Under the pieces are notes generated by a model. The model was not told where the DNA came from and made no database searches. It saw only the letters and a list, made by a program, of their open reading frames with translations. Positions 27,001 through 41,946 of a stretch of DNA of 64,000 nucleotides are shown here, one piece after another; position 1 is the first letter of the stretch, and each line of letters opens with the position of its first letter. Made by a program: the position numbers and the translations under genes. The DNA is from Octopus sinensis (Eukaryota), in assembly GCF_006345805.1 (NCBI RefSeq), contig NC_043004.1, positions 44,144,001-44,208,000 on the forward strand, written 5' to 3'.

Positions 27001-29399
27001 TTTATTAATGTTTGTGTCGGTGGCACTAGTGATAGTGGGGCGGAGGTAGTACTTGAGTAATTTTCAAGTACATCTCGCTCATCACTGCTACCGCTGCTTC
27101 TGTTGTTTTTGCAGCTTCTGTCTGTGTTTCGTTTCTAGACCACATCAATCAGTGGGGAAAGAATAATGCCATTGCTGCTATTCCAACAACCACCGCTTCC
27201 ATCAGTTTCAAAAACCATATACATATTTTATTTTAAAATATTACATTAGCAATATTGCATCTCAAAATTTGCCCTGAATGTCCTCAATGGGCAATTCGTT
27301 CCGGACCAGCTCTTCACGCTTGCAGCAAGTTGGGTTATCTAGTTAACAGTAGATAAAATTTAGAATACGAACTAAGAAAACAGGTTATTAAGAAAACTCA
27401 CGAGCCATGAACAAGCGTCCTCCTGATCCAGACACAAGGAATAATAACAATTACACTACTACCACTGCAGCTGCAACTACTACCTCTACTACTAATAATA
27501 ATAATGATACAGATAATATATAATTTATGAAACACTAAAATGTTATTCTCTTAAGTGATGAAATCTGTCATATAGTTTCGTTTCCTTTTCATATATATTT
27601 ATTTCATTCTATATTTATCTTTTTTCAATTATTTGCTTCTATAATTTCTTCATGTAGTTGCATTGGAAAAGCAGAATACTAACAATAAATGATAATTTGA
27701 AAAACTGTGTAAATTTCCTAAAACAAATAAAATCTTGCTATGTTCATGTCATAACAGAAGGCTTAAGGGAGCCGCAACACCACATTTCAGTGAAACTGCT
27801 AAAAAACAAACGTCAAAAACACTGGTTTAAAAGGAAAGCACGAAAACTATAAATACGCAAAGCTGAAAGAATAAAAAAAAATCAACGCGAACATAGCAAG
27901 AGAATGATTGCAACTAAAAGAAAAATCTTAAACAATATATTTAAACAGTTGTAGCAACAACAACATCTAGATTTTTCAAGAATTGACTTGGAAAATGCAC
28001 TTCAGTTTCAATTGCTTCAAGATTAAAAGAGTTACCTTGGGAATAAACTAACAGAAGTGGTGTGATTTCCTGTTTAGAGTTTTGCAACAGAGAAGTCCAA
28101 TTCTAATGAAATATTACTTGTTTGTTTTCATACTTCTTCCAAATTTTAGCATTTCATACCATACTCGTAATCTCCTAATATATTTTTCTCGCACTCTTAT
28201 TCTCGCTCTGTTTTTCCTCTCTCTCTAGTGTAAAATACATGTACAATTATTTATCAGTAATTTTACAAATGGGGGGAAATATTTCCGACAGTTGTTTCAG
28301 TAGAACTTTATGGATATACTCGCAAATTACATCTTAGCAAAATTCTACCATCAATAGGTACAATTAGAAGCAGGTTTAAACATGTGAGGTAAATACTTGA
28401 TGAGGACAGAACCAGCATATCATATTTTAAGAAAAATACATTTGAATTTATTGAGAAATCTGTATCAATACGGCCTGCAAGTATCAAAGAGGTAAAACAA
28501 CCCTTGCATTTCAGTAAGTCATCTCAATGAGTTTATAGCCAGAACATCATATGAGCGAGTTCAATAAACATAGACCGGCTTTAGCCAAGTTATGTTTCTA
28601 AAGCCATTAAAGTCAGGAAGTTATATCGACGCTTAAGTGAGATAACAACAGAAGAAGACACTAGCGCAACAGAAAGTCAGAAATCTATCATCATCATTTG
28701 ATGACACTTGTATACAAACACATACGTACGAATGTGCAGTTATGCATATAAATCTGTGTGCATATACTCACACGAATACAAATATATATGTACGTATGTA
28801 CATCGCATATACATATATTTATATATATATATACATACACATAACAGCGGTGTCGGCATAGCTGATGAAGGGGAATTTTCCTTGTATTGTTTGTGTTGTA
28901 CTCAGTTTTTTCGTTGTTAAAAAAATGTCCGTTTCCATGTTTGCTTTTACGTTTTCGTTTCTCGTTGAGTTCTACGTCTATTTGTGGTGTCCTGTTCTCA
29001 CATATATATATATTTATATATGCATGTATATATACATGTAGATGTAGGTACGTACATTATGTATGTATGTATGCATATATTTTATTTATTAATTTATTGC
29101 ATGACTGAGTGCCCTCACGTCGTTTCGTTTCTTTTCTGTTCTCCAAGTAAGTTTTTATATATAATTATGACGCGAAACTCTGTAACCCTTTGCTTGATCT
29201 TCCCTTCCTTCCTGTCTGTCTTCCTCTTTGTTTGTCTCCCTCCTTCTTATTTTTCCCCCTTTCTGGTGTCCTTTCCTCTCTATCTCTCTCTCTCTCACTC
29301 CTCATCTCTCACACAGCCGAGTCGACCACTTTCTTTCGCTGGCGGCCTCCTACAAGTGAACATGCTTTTTTCCCGCGCTCTTGAATTTTTCCATCGTCT

Positions 29400-29800
29400 A
29401 GGCTAAAAACAGGCCCTCAATGTTTGTTTCCTTGTCCTGTTTTTATACTTTACTTGTACTGTATTTTTTGGTATTTGTATTTTTATTTTGTATTTGTTTT
29501 TTTATTTGTATTGTTTTTACGTCCTGTTTTTGTCACATTTTTTCTTTCCTTGTTTTTGCCCCTCTGCAAAGGAATTTTATTTAATTCTTTCGCAGGAAGG
29601 GCTACTTCGACGAGTCGTGTTCTGTCCTTACCTTCGAAACACGCATGGAGTCGAACTAGGGACAGCTGATGAAGGGGAATTTCCCTTGTACTGTTTGTCT
29701 TGTACTCTGTTTTTTCGTTGTTAAAAAAAGTCCGTTTCCATGTTTGTTTTTACGTTTTCGTTTCTCGTTGAGTTCTACGTCTATTTGTGGTGTCCTGTAC
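29400..29800 (+). repeat. ~400-bp repeat family with split hammerhead-like motifs
   Basis: ccttcgaaac at 29631, ctgatga at 29666; its 3' half is duplicated at 28850-29000. Confidence 0.7.
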
Positions 29801-29908
29801 TCGCATATATATATTTATATATGCATGTATATATACATGCATATATTTTATTTATTTGTTATACACATATATACATATATACGTATACAAACACACACTC
29901 ACACGCAC

Positions 29909-29963
<55 letters not shown>

Positions 29964-31327
29964 ATATATATATATATATGCATATATATACATACATTTA
30001 TATATATATATATAAACAGACAATCATATATATACAATCATATGTACAAACACGCACATACATGTACAGATACACACACAAACACGCACATACGTATATA
30101 TGCACACGCACGTCCCGATATTTATACACTTATACAGATTATATAGATATAAACCAAACAATCTTAAACAAGGAAAGAAATATAAAATATATGACTAATA
30201 GTTCACGGAAAGCTTCAAGTCCACACAGCATACTATCAAATATTTCCCAAAACTGTGCAGAGGTTGCTAACGAATGAGAATTGGCGACCATGAAACCGAT
30301 GACATAAGGTAACATATGACTCAAATAAAACTTAAAGCTTTAGATATTTAAATTAACTATGTTAGTGAATCTAGATAAATATAATCTAAGAAATATAATT
30401 CGAGAGCCTATTACGTAACTGGTTTGAATTATCTAAAGATGTTTCTAATAGGAATGCGAGCATTGCACTCTAATTTTATAAGACATGTTAAGCATTCTAT
30501 CTGGAATCATCTATATACTTCAATAATGTTAAAAATCGTTTAGCTATAAAACCTGTAATTGTAAAAAGAAATGTCTATGTCCTCTAAATAATTTCTGCTA
30601 AAATAAAAATATTACCTATAGATGTAATGCTATAATTAAATTTTACCTGCATCGATTGCACAAGCAATTTCAAGTTGTGATTAGAGAATCACTCTTATTT
30701 TTTTATTAATCGTAGTGAAGTTAAGGCTAGATCATTCGCGTTAAAAATTCTGGAAATATAAAAAAATAACACATAGAATTAAATTCTAAATTAACGTGGA
30801 ACATAAAACATTACCTTGCACAAACGTTAGGTAAAGGTCGATATGTATATGAGTGTATATATATACATATAGGGAGTCTCTGTGTGTGTTTATATATAAA
30901 TGTATGTACTTACGCACATATGTACGTATGTATATATACGACGGGAGGGGTGCGTGTGTTGTTATAAGTATATATACTTGTATGTGTGTGTGCAAACAAG
31001 AGAGCAATTGTGATGACAGTTTTATGACTTTCTTTGCTTGAATGTTTCCTTTTATCTCACTTTACGGACAAGATATCTTCCTGGGTTTAATGACCGTAGG
31101 GACATATCTTGCCTACAGCTCTTATTGCGCTACCAAATTATTGCACAAGCAAATGAAGGCTATGAGCTAATTATGATAAATCCTCGAATTGTTTTACCGC
31201 TTTGCTCATAGCAGTCCGCGATGTTTCTGATTACACAATGTTTTCGGATATTCTGTTTTAAAATATATCGTATCCAATATCTTGTTTGTTTGACGATTTA
31301 GATCACCTGTTTATACTCGTTCCATAT

Positions 31328-31408
31328 TTTACCTGAAGACGGTCGATTTTTACTATTAGATAATTTATGAATACATCAAGGAAGTGCTACCGAAACAGCT
31401 GTCGTAGA
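31328..31408 (+). ncRNA. Type I hammerhead ribozyme
   Basis: UUUAC-CUGAAGA(31333)-C-GGU...ACC-GAAA(31392)-CAGCUG-UC(31403)-GUAGA; palindromic helix III ACAGCUGU; helix II is only 3 bp. Confidence 0.7.
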
Positions 31409-31658
31409 TTTTAAACCCCGTTTTTGTTCTTTCATTTATAACTACACTGCACCCGAGTCAGATATGCATTTTAAATTTGAGTTGAATATTACGTATCTAC
31501 ATATCTCAATATCCTACCGACACATAATGCCTTTGTGGTTGCTATACTTCACTAAGAACTGTATGCTATAGAAACCGCCTAGTTCCGTGTCCTACTTGTT
31601 AATGTTGATATACCTTGATTACAATGAATCCTATGACTATTCTCTCGCTTTCCCTCTT

Positions 31659-31742
<84 letters not shown>

Positions 31743-31757
31743 TAGATAGATAGATAT

Positions 31758-31796
<39 letters not shown>

Positions 31797-31838
31797 TGTG
31801 TGTGTGTGCTTTCTTTTATTCATATACATATATATATA

Positions 31839-32844
31839 TACTAGCATTAAAGACCCGTCGTTGCCGGGTCATAATACTAGTGCATGTATATATATGTATA
31901 TATATGTGTACATATTACATGTACATCTATATATATACATCAACACATAAAATACAAAATACAAAGTTATATCTTCATATCGCTAGTGATAACAATACTC
32001 AAAATATATAACAAACTGAAATTTTTAGCCTGTCTCTGGTAATTTCGATCAATTGTATCTTGTCCTCCCTGTTGTATAGAAGTGTGGCTACAATCCAGCC
32101 TACCTCTACTTCTGGAGGGGGGGATTTAAAACTTTTTTCCGCGACGTCCTACGTCCCAGATATAAAGCTAAAGATAAAATATTTCCACTTTGCAAGTTCG
32201 CGTCGAGTACTCCCTTGCACGCTCCGTTGACTCGAACCTTGCTTCTATTGTGGCGAATCTACCACCTTTGATTAGATACCATTCATAGTCGCACCAAGAC
32301 ACTTTTCGAAGGTGCTTTCCTTCATGTATTCAAATCTTCTTTTTCTCTACATTTATAGACTTTATAGACAATAAGCTTTTCTTTAATTTATTTTTTATTA
32401 TACATCTGGACTATTCCATTTCTGCATGCTAATTTTATTTTTAATTTATTCCCATTCAAGTTCAAGTCATTGATGCAATTTTATACCAATTGCTAGTTTT
32501 ACTTTTGTTATGTTAAGGTTATATTATACTTTAGTTTGATTTTAATTATTAATTACTACATATAATTCAATTGTTATTATTATTTTTATTGTTAAAGTGA
32601 AAGTATCTGACATAAAACAGAGAAACGTTTTTGTTTGACTTTTAACACGCAATACTGGAATAGTGGAGAAAATATGATATTGCTGTGGGCTCTCCCTAGA
32701 CAAAAAGTTTAATTTTTTCTTTGCGATGACACTCCCCGGACCCTAAGTAAGGCATGTGTAAAATTTGAATGAAATTGGTTGTGTAGTACTCAAGGTTTAG
32801 GGTAACACACATACAGACACACATTCTCAGTTTTATATACATAG

Positions 32845-32846
<2 letters not shown>
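31839..32846 (+). mobile_element. Non-autonomous Helitron/Helentron-like (HINE/DINE-1 type) element
   Basis: 5' TACTAG plus gacccg...cgggtc hairpin; 3' aaatttgaatgaaattggtt...acattctcagttttatatacatagat abutting a microsatellite. Confidence 0.5.
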
Positions 32847-33550
<704 letters not shown>

Positions 33551-33869
33551 AATTCTTCTTAGACACCATAATAGTTATTTGGAAATATCATTTATTCCAG
33601 ACGTTCCATCTTAATTTCTGGAGCACGCTTGCTTCTTATGATCTTACTCAAGAACAGACGTGCGATTATTTTCGTGTTTTACAGAGAATGGAGTTATCGG
33701 GTCTATTTGAGGATTTTGCCGGTTAGTATAATTTCTAAATTTGAGCTTACTCTAGATTTATGTAACCCAACAGAAAAACATTTAAATATCTCAAGAAATT
33801 GAGAACTTTACTGATCAACTCTCATTGAAAATGTTTAGAATGATATTCCACAATATCAATAATACAATC

Positions 33870-34101
33870 TATTTCTTTACTACCTACAAGGGGATAAACA
33901 CAGAGGGGACATACAAGGACAGACAAAGGGATTAAATCGATTACATCGACCCAGTGCGTAACTGGTACTTAATTTATCGACCCCGAAAGGATGCTAGGCA
34001 AAGTCGACCACGGCGGAATTTGAACTCGGAACGTAACGACAGGCGAGATACGGCTAGGCGTTTCGCTCGGCGTGCTAACGTTTCTGCCAGCTCACCGCCT
34101 T
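33870..34101 (-). mobile_element. SINE family A
   Basis: Reverse complement of 11313-11543. Confidence 0.92.
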
Positions 34102-35849
34102 TACAATCTGCCAGACGATAAGGATTGTTTTTACATCGAATATAAACACAGGGATAACTACTTACCAAGCAATCTTCATTCCAATTCTATAAACACTAAA
34201 AATGTTTTCGAGATATATATCATCACTTCTAATATCATTAGAAATTCGGTTGGGAAATCCAACATATACGTAAGTATAGAAATTGCTAACATAGCAATTT
34301 GACTAGGTTTGTAACATTAATAAAGTAGATTAAGAAACAGAATAGTTCCAAAATATTATGACAATGGGAACTAAAAAATCAATCGGCATCACAGAAATAT
34401 ATATAACCACACTCGCTTGGTTAGTAACTAATAAGAAAAAAATATCATTCTATATTTTCGTGGAAATATTTTTCCAGCTATGATAGCTGCACGAACGAAA
34501 CGTGTACAAGGAAAATTAGAAACGCAGGTTCTGTATTAAGAAGTGAAACTTTTTCTCGATACAACTGGGGGTGAAGTCATAATCCGTTCTTCAGCCTTGA
34601 TCTGTCAGATAGTATGGTCAAAAGCCATGACCATTCCCTCGTTTTAGCTGATAAAATTTACCTCGGACATCATTATATAATATATCTTTCATAATTTGTT
34701 TACTAATGCATGATGTTTTAGAAATTCAAGTCACAGTGTTATCGAGTACACTTACCTGGTAGAATTTGATGCGTTTACTTTCTGATTTTATGTGTGCGTG
34801 CATGTGCACGTGTTTGTGCATATGCATATATATATATATATATATATTGTTATATTTCGGAATGGTAATTTGCCAGTTTAGCCAATAAAATACACGCACT
34901 ATATATTTGGTGTTATTTTGCTTCAGTTTTATTTATTTTTACATTAATCTTAATCTTATTTCAGCTAGAGTTCTTTCGTCACACTCCTGTGACCGCATCA
35001 GTGGTCCTTTGTTTTCTTCTTTCTTATTTGTGTCTCTCCTTACTAACCGTCAGCCATTTTGCATTTCTATTGTATGTCTTCATTTGCGCATGCATATATC
35101 TCTATGTGCGTCTATGTTTATTTAGTGTGTGAGGGGGGGATGCATGTAATACTTGTATCTTCTGTTTATATACGTTTATGTAAATTTTTGTTGTTGTTGT
35201 TTATTCTTATTTACGAAAAAAACAAAAGACGAAGACAGGTGGTGTACAAAACAAACAGATGTATTAGTATAATGCTCAGAAAGAGAAAAAGTATTTTCTG
35301 TTTCGAGCCTACGCTCTTCTACAGAAAGGGACGCAGAAAAAACAAGGAGAGAAAAAATGTATGTAGTGGCTAACGATCTATCATGTATACATATATATTT
35401 ACATATACGTGCGTATGTGTGTGTTTGCGCGAATATGTGTGCGTGCGCACGTGTGTTTATATTGCATCGTAAGAATTTATAAATTATAATCACCGTAAGA
35501 TAATTCTTTCTCAGAACAGTGAATCACGAGAGTGTATAAATATTTGGTTTACTTGAGGTCTACTGTGCCAAATAATATTTCAACTTCACTCGAAATTCAT
35601 AAATTCCGCTGACGTCGACAACATACAATTCCAAACTGGATAGAGAAATTGGAAATACTGCTTTGGTCCAATTGAAGAACTATGATGATATTTACCGATG
35701 TGTGTTTGTGTCCACGGCAGCTTTTGAATTGTTCTGCCCAAAGATTCTCTCCCATTACTCACACATTAATATTTATAGCTTTATTTGCTTCTCGCTTCGC
35801 CGTTTCAAAAGAGAAGTGGGAGAGAGAAGGAAAGATATGCTTATATAGA

Positions 35850-36068
35850 CGAGGTGATGTTTAAAAGTTCCTGGCTTTAAGGGTATCTAGAAAGGCCTTA
35901 TTGGAGGCTTAAACGTCCGAGTAATTTTTACATGGCTTACAAAACCTGAACGACCATTGCAATAGGTGTATGAATCTGAGATGGGAATTTGTTGAATAAA
36001 ACCATAATTAGTTGATCCTCCTGTATATTGTTTTTACCGAAAGCCAGTAACCTTTCAGCACCCTCTAG
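35850..36068. mobile_element. Mariner-type MITE
   Basis: Imperfect TIRs cgaggtgatgtttaaaagttcctggcttt / aaagccagtaacctttcagcaccctct with TA flanks. Confidence 0.65.
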
Positions 36069-36468
36069 TACATATATATGTTAGTGGTGTGTTTGTGATG
36101 TTAGTGTCGTTTTGTAAGTAACTCAGGCATTTAAATTGTTATATTACAATAAGTAAATGTCAGTATAGTTACACGTACAAAAGGAAGTATATTAATTTTG
36201 AACTAAGGAGTATCTTACGTTAATTATTTAGCAATTTAGATTGTTCATAACGAAGACCGTTGGAATCTTAGGTAGAGCTGTTATATACTTAGTAGTTTTC
36301 AGGATATACACAGTAGGTCAAAATGTACTTTTGAATTGTAACACATTAAACTCAGTTATGTGTGTGATAGGTTTAAGTATTAACAAACGCACACTTTTTT
36401 GGTCTTCAATTTGTCGGCCTTACTCGAGTTCTAAAGAATAAAATATATACTTGGTCGAGTATATCTCA

Positions 36469-36507
<39 letters not shown>

Positions 36508-37818
36508 TACAATAATAAATGATTTTATATTGGCTTTTCTCTACGTACGAGATATCTTCAAATCCTTTATTGCTTCCAAACTCGACAACATTCTAATACT
36601 GCCAATTTATTATTTCATTTATTATATTTTTTATTTCTTGTAAGTGCTTACATTTTCTGGAATATTTTCAAAAGTGAGTTTGCTCTTTTCTTTATCTTCT
36701 TTATCATATTTTATATATTTCGTATTATTTTTTGTTCGTATGTTTCTTTTGTGGGTCTTTTTTTATCTCGCAAAATAAAAGGTAAAAAACTCAATAGAAC
36801 TTTATCTGATGTTCATTATTTTCCATACAGAAATAGATTATAAATATGTCATGAATTGTAATAAATTATGCACAAACATAAGCTTTCAATTAAGTGAATG
36901 TGCCAATTATTCAAAGAGGGCTTTGTCTTGTATTATTAATTCTGGTTATATATGCCAAAGATAATACTACAATTAAAATGTGTGTGTTAAGGATGAATTG
37001 AAAAAAGTCTAAGAAATATAATACTTCTCTGTGTATAATTATTTGGTTTTATATATTGTAATATCTTTTCTCTTTTTATGTAATGCCATCTAGAATATTC
37101 ACAATGTGTACATTAACTTCAATTAATGAAAACATTGAATGCAAAAATAAAACTGAATAAGGGCTAGTACATTCAATACCCCGTTATCAGTTTTATATTT
37201 CTTTCCAACAACGTTTTCCCTCTTTCTTTTCCAATTTCATGTTTCAATTTCTATTTGTATTAGTTCTTTCTCTTTCAAGAAGAGTTAACGCAAATAGAAC
37301 ATTATATTTAATGTTTTAAGTGTTAATTTAATACTTTAAGTTGACTGGGATTTGAAGTCGTTAATGAATATAGATGACGAGTAGCGTAATGAAAGAATAT
37401 AGCATGACACACAATAGTTTACGTTTCCCTACATTTACGCTCCTAATGATCTTGCCAAAAGAAAAAAGAAAAAAAGTAAGGCACTAGTTACTCTTTTATT
37501 CTTTTCATCAAAATACGTAGTTTTGCTTACTTGTTCTTTACTTCTTGAAGAACATGGAAGGACAACAATAGAAAGAAGAATATAATATGAACAATGTAAC
37601 GAAAATATCATCGACCCTATTATTTTAAACACTACATTAACTATATATTTTATCAATAAACAAAGCCCCTGGTTATCTCGCAAATGAGTATGTTGTATTT
37701 TTCTCTTGTTTCGTTTTTGCATATTTTTTGAAAGTTTTTTTTTCAGTATGATTATAGATATATTATCTTTTATTCCCTTCATATTAACTCTCTATTTGAC
37801 ACTAACTGTTTGTCTTGT

Positions 37819-37895
<77 letters not shown>

Positions 37896-38019
37896 GTATC
37901 CTCTCTATCTTTCGCAGATCTTACTTGTATCTGAACAAATGTATCTGAGCATCCTGAGATCGTATCACACCAAGAATTGTCTCGCTTTTCAAATGTTTCG
38001 TACTTACAAGATAAAATAC

Positions 38020-38500
38020 GGATCTTTTCGATTTGAACGGCAGTTGTTTTCTAGCGGTGTCATATTAAATTGTCACCCATAATAACACTAGTATCGATCT
38101 ATTGCATTTCAATCTGCGGTGTCAAATGAAATTGTCACCCATAATTATAACACTAGTATTGATCTATTGCATTTCAATGTTTTAGGGTTAGGGTTAGGGT
38201 TAGGGGTGGGAGGAAGGGTACCTTTTTTCTTCACAAATGTAAATAAACCCAATCTGTTTCTTAAACGAGGGACTCACTCATACGGCACAGAATGTTTTTT
38301 ACCTCAATAGAAGTCTGTGATTGGTTGAAATTTCAGACATTGAAGAAAAAAGAACAAATATCTTACAAACTATAGAATTTTCTCAATAAAGCCAAGAGAA
38401 AAATATGTTTTATAAACACATCCTACCAGTATATGAAGTTTAACACTTTTTAGCTACCGAGAAATTATGTTAAAAACTGCCGTTCAAACCGAAAAGATCC
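38020..38500. mobile_element. MITE-like element with ~30-bp TIRs, an internal ~63-bp tandem duplication and (TTAGGG)n
   Basis: ggatcttttcgatttgaacggcagtt / aactgccgttcaaaccgaaaagatcc; ttagggttagggttagggttagg at ~38182-38204. Confidence 0.75.
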
Positions 38501-38962
38501 TGAAATACGAATTAAAACAGCTCAAAGACACTCCAGTTTAGAATCAAACTATAAACAAGGTAAAAAAAATAATAATAAATATATATCATAGGTAATAAGA
38601 TAAATGTATCCGCATTAAAGACAAAAATGATTATATAAAAAACAAAAAATAATGTGTCATCTATTGTCTACACAGCCATAAGAAGCGAGAACATCCATAT
38701 GACTACGAAAACCTTACAAGCCTTTAAAATAGCAGATGTTCAAGGTGACCTATACCATATAAATATTTTAATGCAAGCATTAATGTTTGAAACTGCATCA
38801 CGCCAAATGTTACATCCAGCATGGTCGACTAGTGCTTTCAACAGAATATAATCCAATGCCGACATGTTGACAGTGTCTGCAGAGTAGAGTTTACGTCTCT
38901 CCATTCACCAGTCATGTTTAACAGAGGAAAGAACTTTCTTTTGTGATTGTTTAGCATGTCCA

Positions 38963-39001
<39 letters not shown>

Positions 39002-39358
39002 AAATATATTTACATATATGTGTGTTCGTGTGTGTGTATGTATGTATGTATGATTTGCAGGTCTGTGTATTATTGCCGGCGTTCAGGGTTTGGTTGTGTT
39101 TATTACTGCGTGTCACAGTGTATGCATTTATAGAGCTATGTCTGTTGTTTCTCAATCTCGTTCAACTCCTATCATTAGCCTCTTATGAAAGAGCAAGGAT
39201 ATTTCCTTTAGGATTAAAAGTAAACTTCTTTGTATGTGAGAGCATGTGATGTTGCGTCTATGTGTGAGAGATATTACGTGCGCGTATGCATCATGTGAAC
39301 GTATATATGCGTGTGTGTGTATGTGTATGGATATATATATATATATTATATATATATA

Positions 39359-39408
<50 letters not shown>

Positions 39409-39904
39409 GTATATATGCATACATGTATAAGTATACACATAGGCAAGCAGACACAACTACATGAATGCACGCACACACATAAGTCAAGTGTCTGTATAAT
39501 GTGTGTATTTATTGCTCAGGAGTTCATAAAGAAAATGTTACCTTCACTTAGCACAAACATTTATCATAGGTATTAACAAAATTCTTTAGTATGCTGATGC
39601 GGTCTCCAACAAAATATATACATATGTACATACTGAATGTTATGTGTAGATCACAGAATAATTTTGAAGTGCATAAGAGTCACATTCTGCAAAAAGAACT
39701 CGTCTGCTTTCAGGTAGGATATATCTACTTCCAAAAGTGAATATCTCTGTGGGTCACCTCTTATAACCTCAATTAATATAGCTACATGTTAACTATCTTT
39801 CTCTGTAATGTGTGTTTGTCTGTGTGTGTGTCAGTGTGTGATTGGATAAATACATATAAATACAAATTCATACGTATATATATATACATAATATTTGTAT
39901 ATCT

Positions 39905-39968
<64 letters not shown>

Positions 39969-40078
39969 ATATATATATATACAAATATATATGTATAAAT
40001 ATATATATACATATATTTGCCTATCCACATTCACACACACCACACACACATACACACACACAACACACACACACACAC

Positions 40079-40192
<114 letters not shown>

Positions 40193-40584
40193 GTAATGTC
40201 GAACAGTGAGAATGAGTGCTCCACATCACATTGTTTTATAGATATTCTTTCTCTGATGGTTAATAAGGCTTACATTATTTCAGGAAGCTATATCAGCAAT
40301 ATAATTTCAAAGGAAAAAGCAGTATGAAAATAAGTAAAGAGAAGGAAATAAACGAAATATCGAAATACTATCATTTTTATTCTAAGGGTAAATAATAAAA
40401 AAAATATATTATAGAATAGATTTGTCATAGAAGTTAGCGTGGGAATACGAAATGAGAACTGATCAACAAAGAGACATTGCAGCTATATAATTCATTGTCC
40501 ACGAATGGATGACTGGGATATTGGCTGTGACGGGCGCTAATTTTTTTGTCCGGTATACTAACGGTTCTGCCAACACGCCGCCAC

Positions 40585-41224
40585 AACTATCCTATCTACA
40601 AAAAGTACAGGGCCTGAAATTTTCGTGGGGTTGACTAGTCGATTACAACGGCCCAAGTCTTTCACTCGTACTTATTTAATCGACCCCGAAAGGATGAAAG
40701 GCAAATTCGACCGCAGTGGAATTTGATCTCAGAATATAAAAACGGACGGAATGCCGCTAAACATTTTTCCTGGCGTGCTAACGATTCTGCCAGTTTGCCG
40801 TTTTGCACCGCCTCAATAATAATAATAATCCTTTCTACTGAAGGCATAATGTCTGAAATTTGATGAAAGCGTACTAGTCGATTACATCGACTCCTGTATG
40901 TATCTGGTACTTAATCTATCGCCCCCGAAATGGGGAATGACAAAGTCGACTTCCGTGGAATTTGAACTCAGAACGTAGCGGCAGACGAAATACCTATTTC
41001 TTTACTACCCACAAGGGGCTAAACAAAGAGGGGACAAACAAGGACAGACAAACGGATTAAGTCGATTACATCGATCCCGGTGCGTAACTGGTACTTATTT
41101 AATCGACCCCAAAAGGATGAAAGGCAAAGTCGACCTCGGAGGAATTTGAACTCAGAACGTTGTGACACGAAATACCGGTAAGCATTTCATCCGCGCACTA
41201 ACGATTCAGGCTGCTCGCCGCCTC
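40585..41224 (-). mobile_element. Cluster of three SINE family A copies
   Basis: Three cores (cgaccccgaaaggatgaaaggcaaagtcgac and variants) at ~40680, ~40920 and ~41105. Confidence 0.88.
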
Positions 41225-41227
41225 AGT

Positions 41228-41266
<39 letters not shown>

Positions 41267-41298
41267 TATAATAATAATAATAAAAATAATAATAATAA

Positions 41299-41857
41299 AT
41301 GCCCTGATGCAGTACCAGGCAGTGGCTCTCATGGCTTCTGATCTTAACTGATTGGAAGTGTTATCATGTACATTGTTTTGTCTTGGTATAAAAGATGGGC
41401 TACAGCAAATATTCTGCTCAATACCACAGATTTGCTTGTCAGTTGTTTGACCTTAACCAGTTGAGCATGTCCATTAGTGGCTGACGATATGTGCATATCT
41501 GATCACGAGCAGAAGTAGTGGGGGAGCATCATAGCCATGTGTTGAGAGGGATTCTTTGGGGTTTGAATAGTTCACCTCTGGAAACATGGGTGGTTCTTTC
41601 AACATCCTTAAACAACCCTTATTCAGGGACCGTTTGAGCGGGATGGGCTACTCAACCTGAAGAAAATTCTAACTGGGCCCCACCTGCAAGGTCATGTGCT
41701 GTTTATCTTGATATGAGATCACCATGTCGCGCACATATGGTTGTGATGCATGTGCCTGGTGTACCTTTATCAGACGGGTAGTCATGATGGGTATATTGGG
41801 CTTCGTATATTTTACCCCAGTGTCACTTTGATGGCATGAACTGCTCTCTCACTCAAT
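41299..41857. mobile_element. Unclassified ~560-bp element embedded in (TAA)n
   Basis: Sharp boundaries with (TAA)n on both sides, higher GC than the flanks, no recognisable ORF. Confidence 0.55.
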
Positions 41858-41858
41858 G

Positions 41859-41943
<85 letters not shown>

Positions 41944-41946
<3 letters not shown>

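Noticed and set aside
27270-27360. Possible small minus-strand exon (DNPTCCKREELVRNELPIEDIQ)
   Set aside because: An acceptor-like AG is present, but there is no good donor, no recognisable homology and no partner exons.
35285-35330. Hammerhead-like CUGUAGA-GAGC gtag GCUC-GAAA on the minus strand
   Set aside because: A6>U in the core and no helix III or cleavage triplet; at best a dead remnant of a PLE-derived repeat.
38182-38204. Telomere or chromosome-fusion scar
   Set aside because: Only about four units, inside a TIR element.
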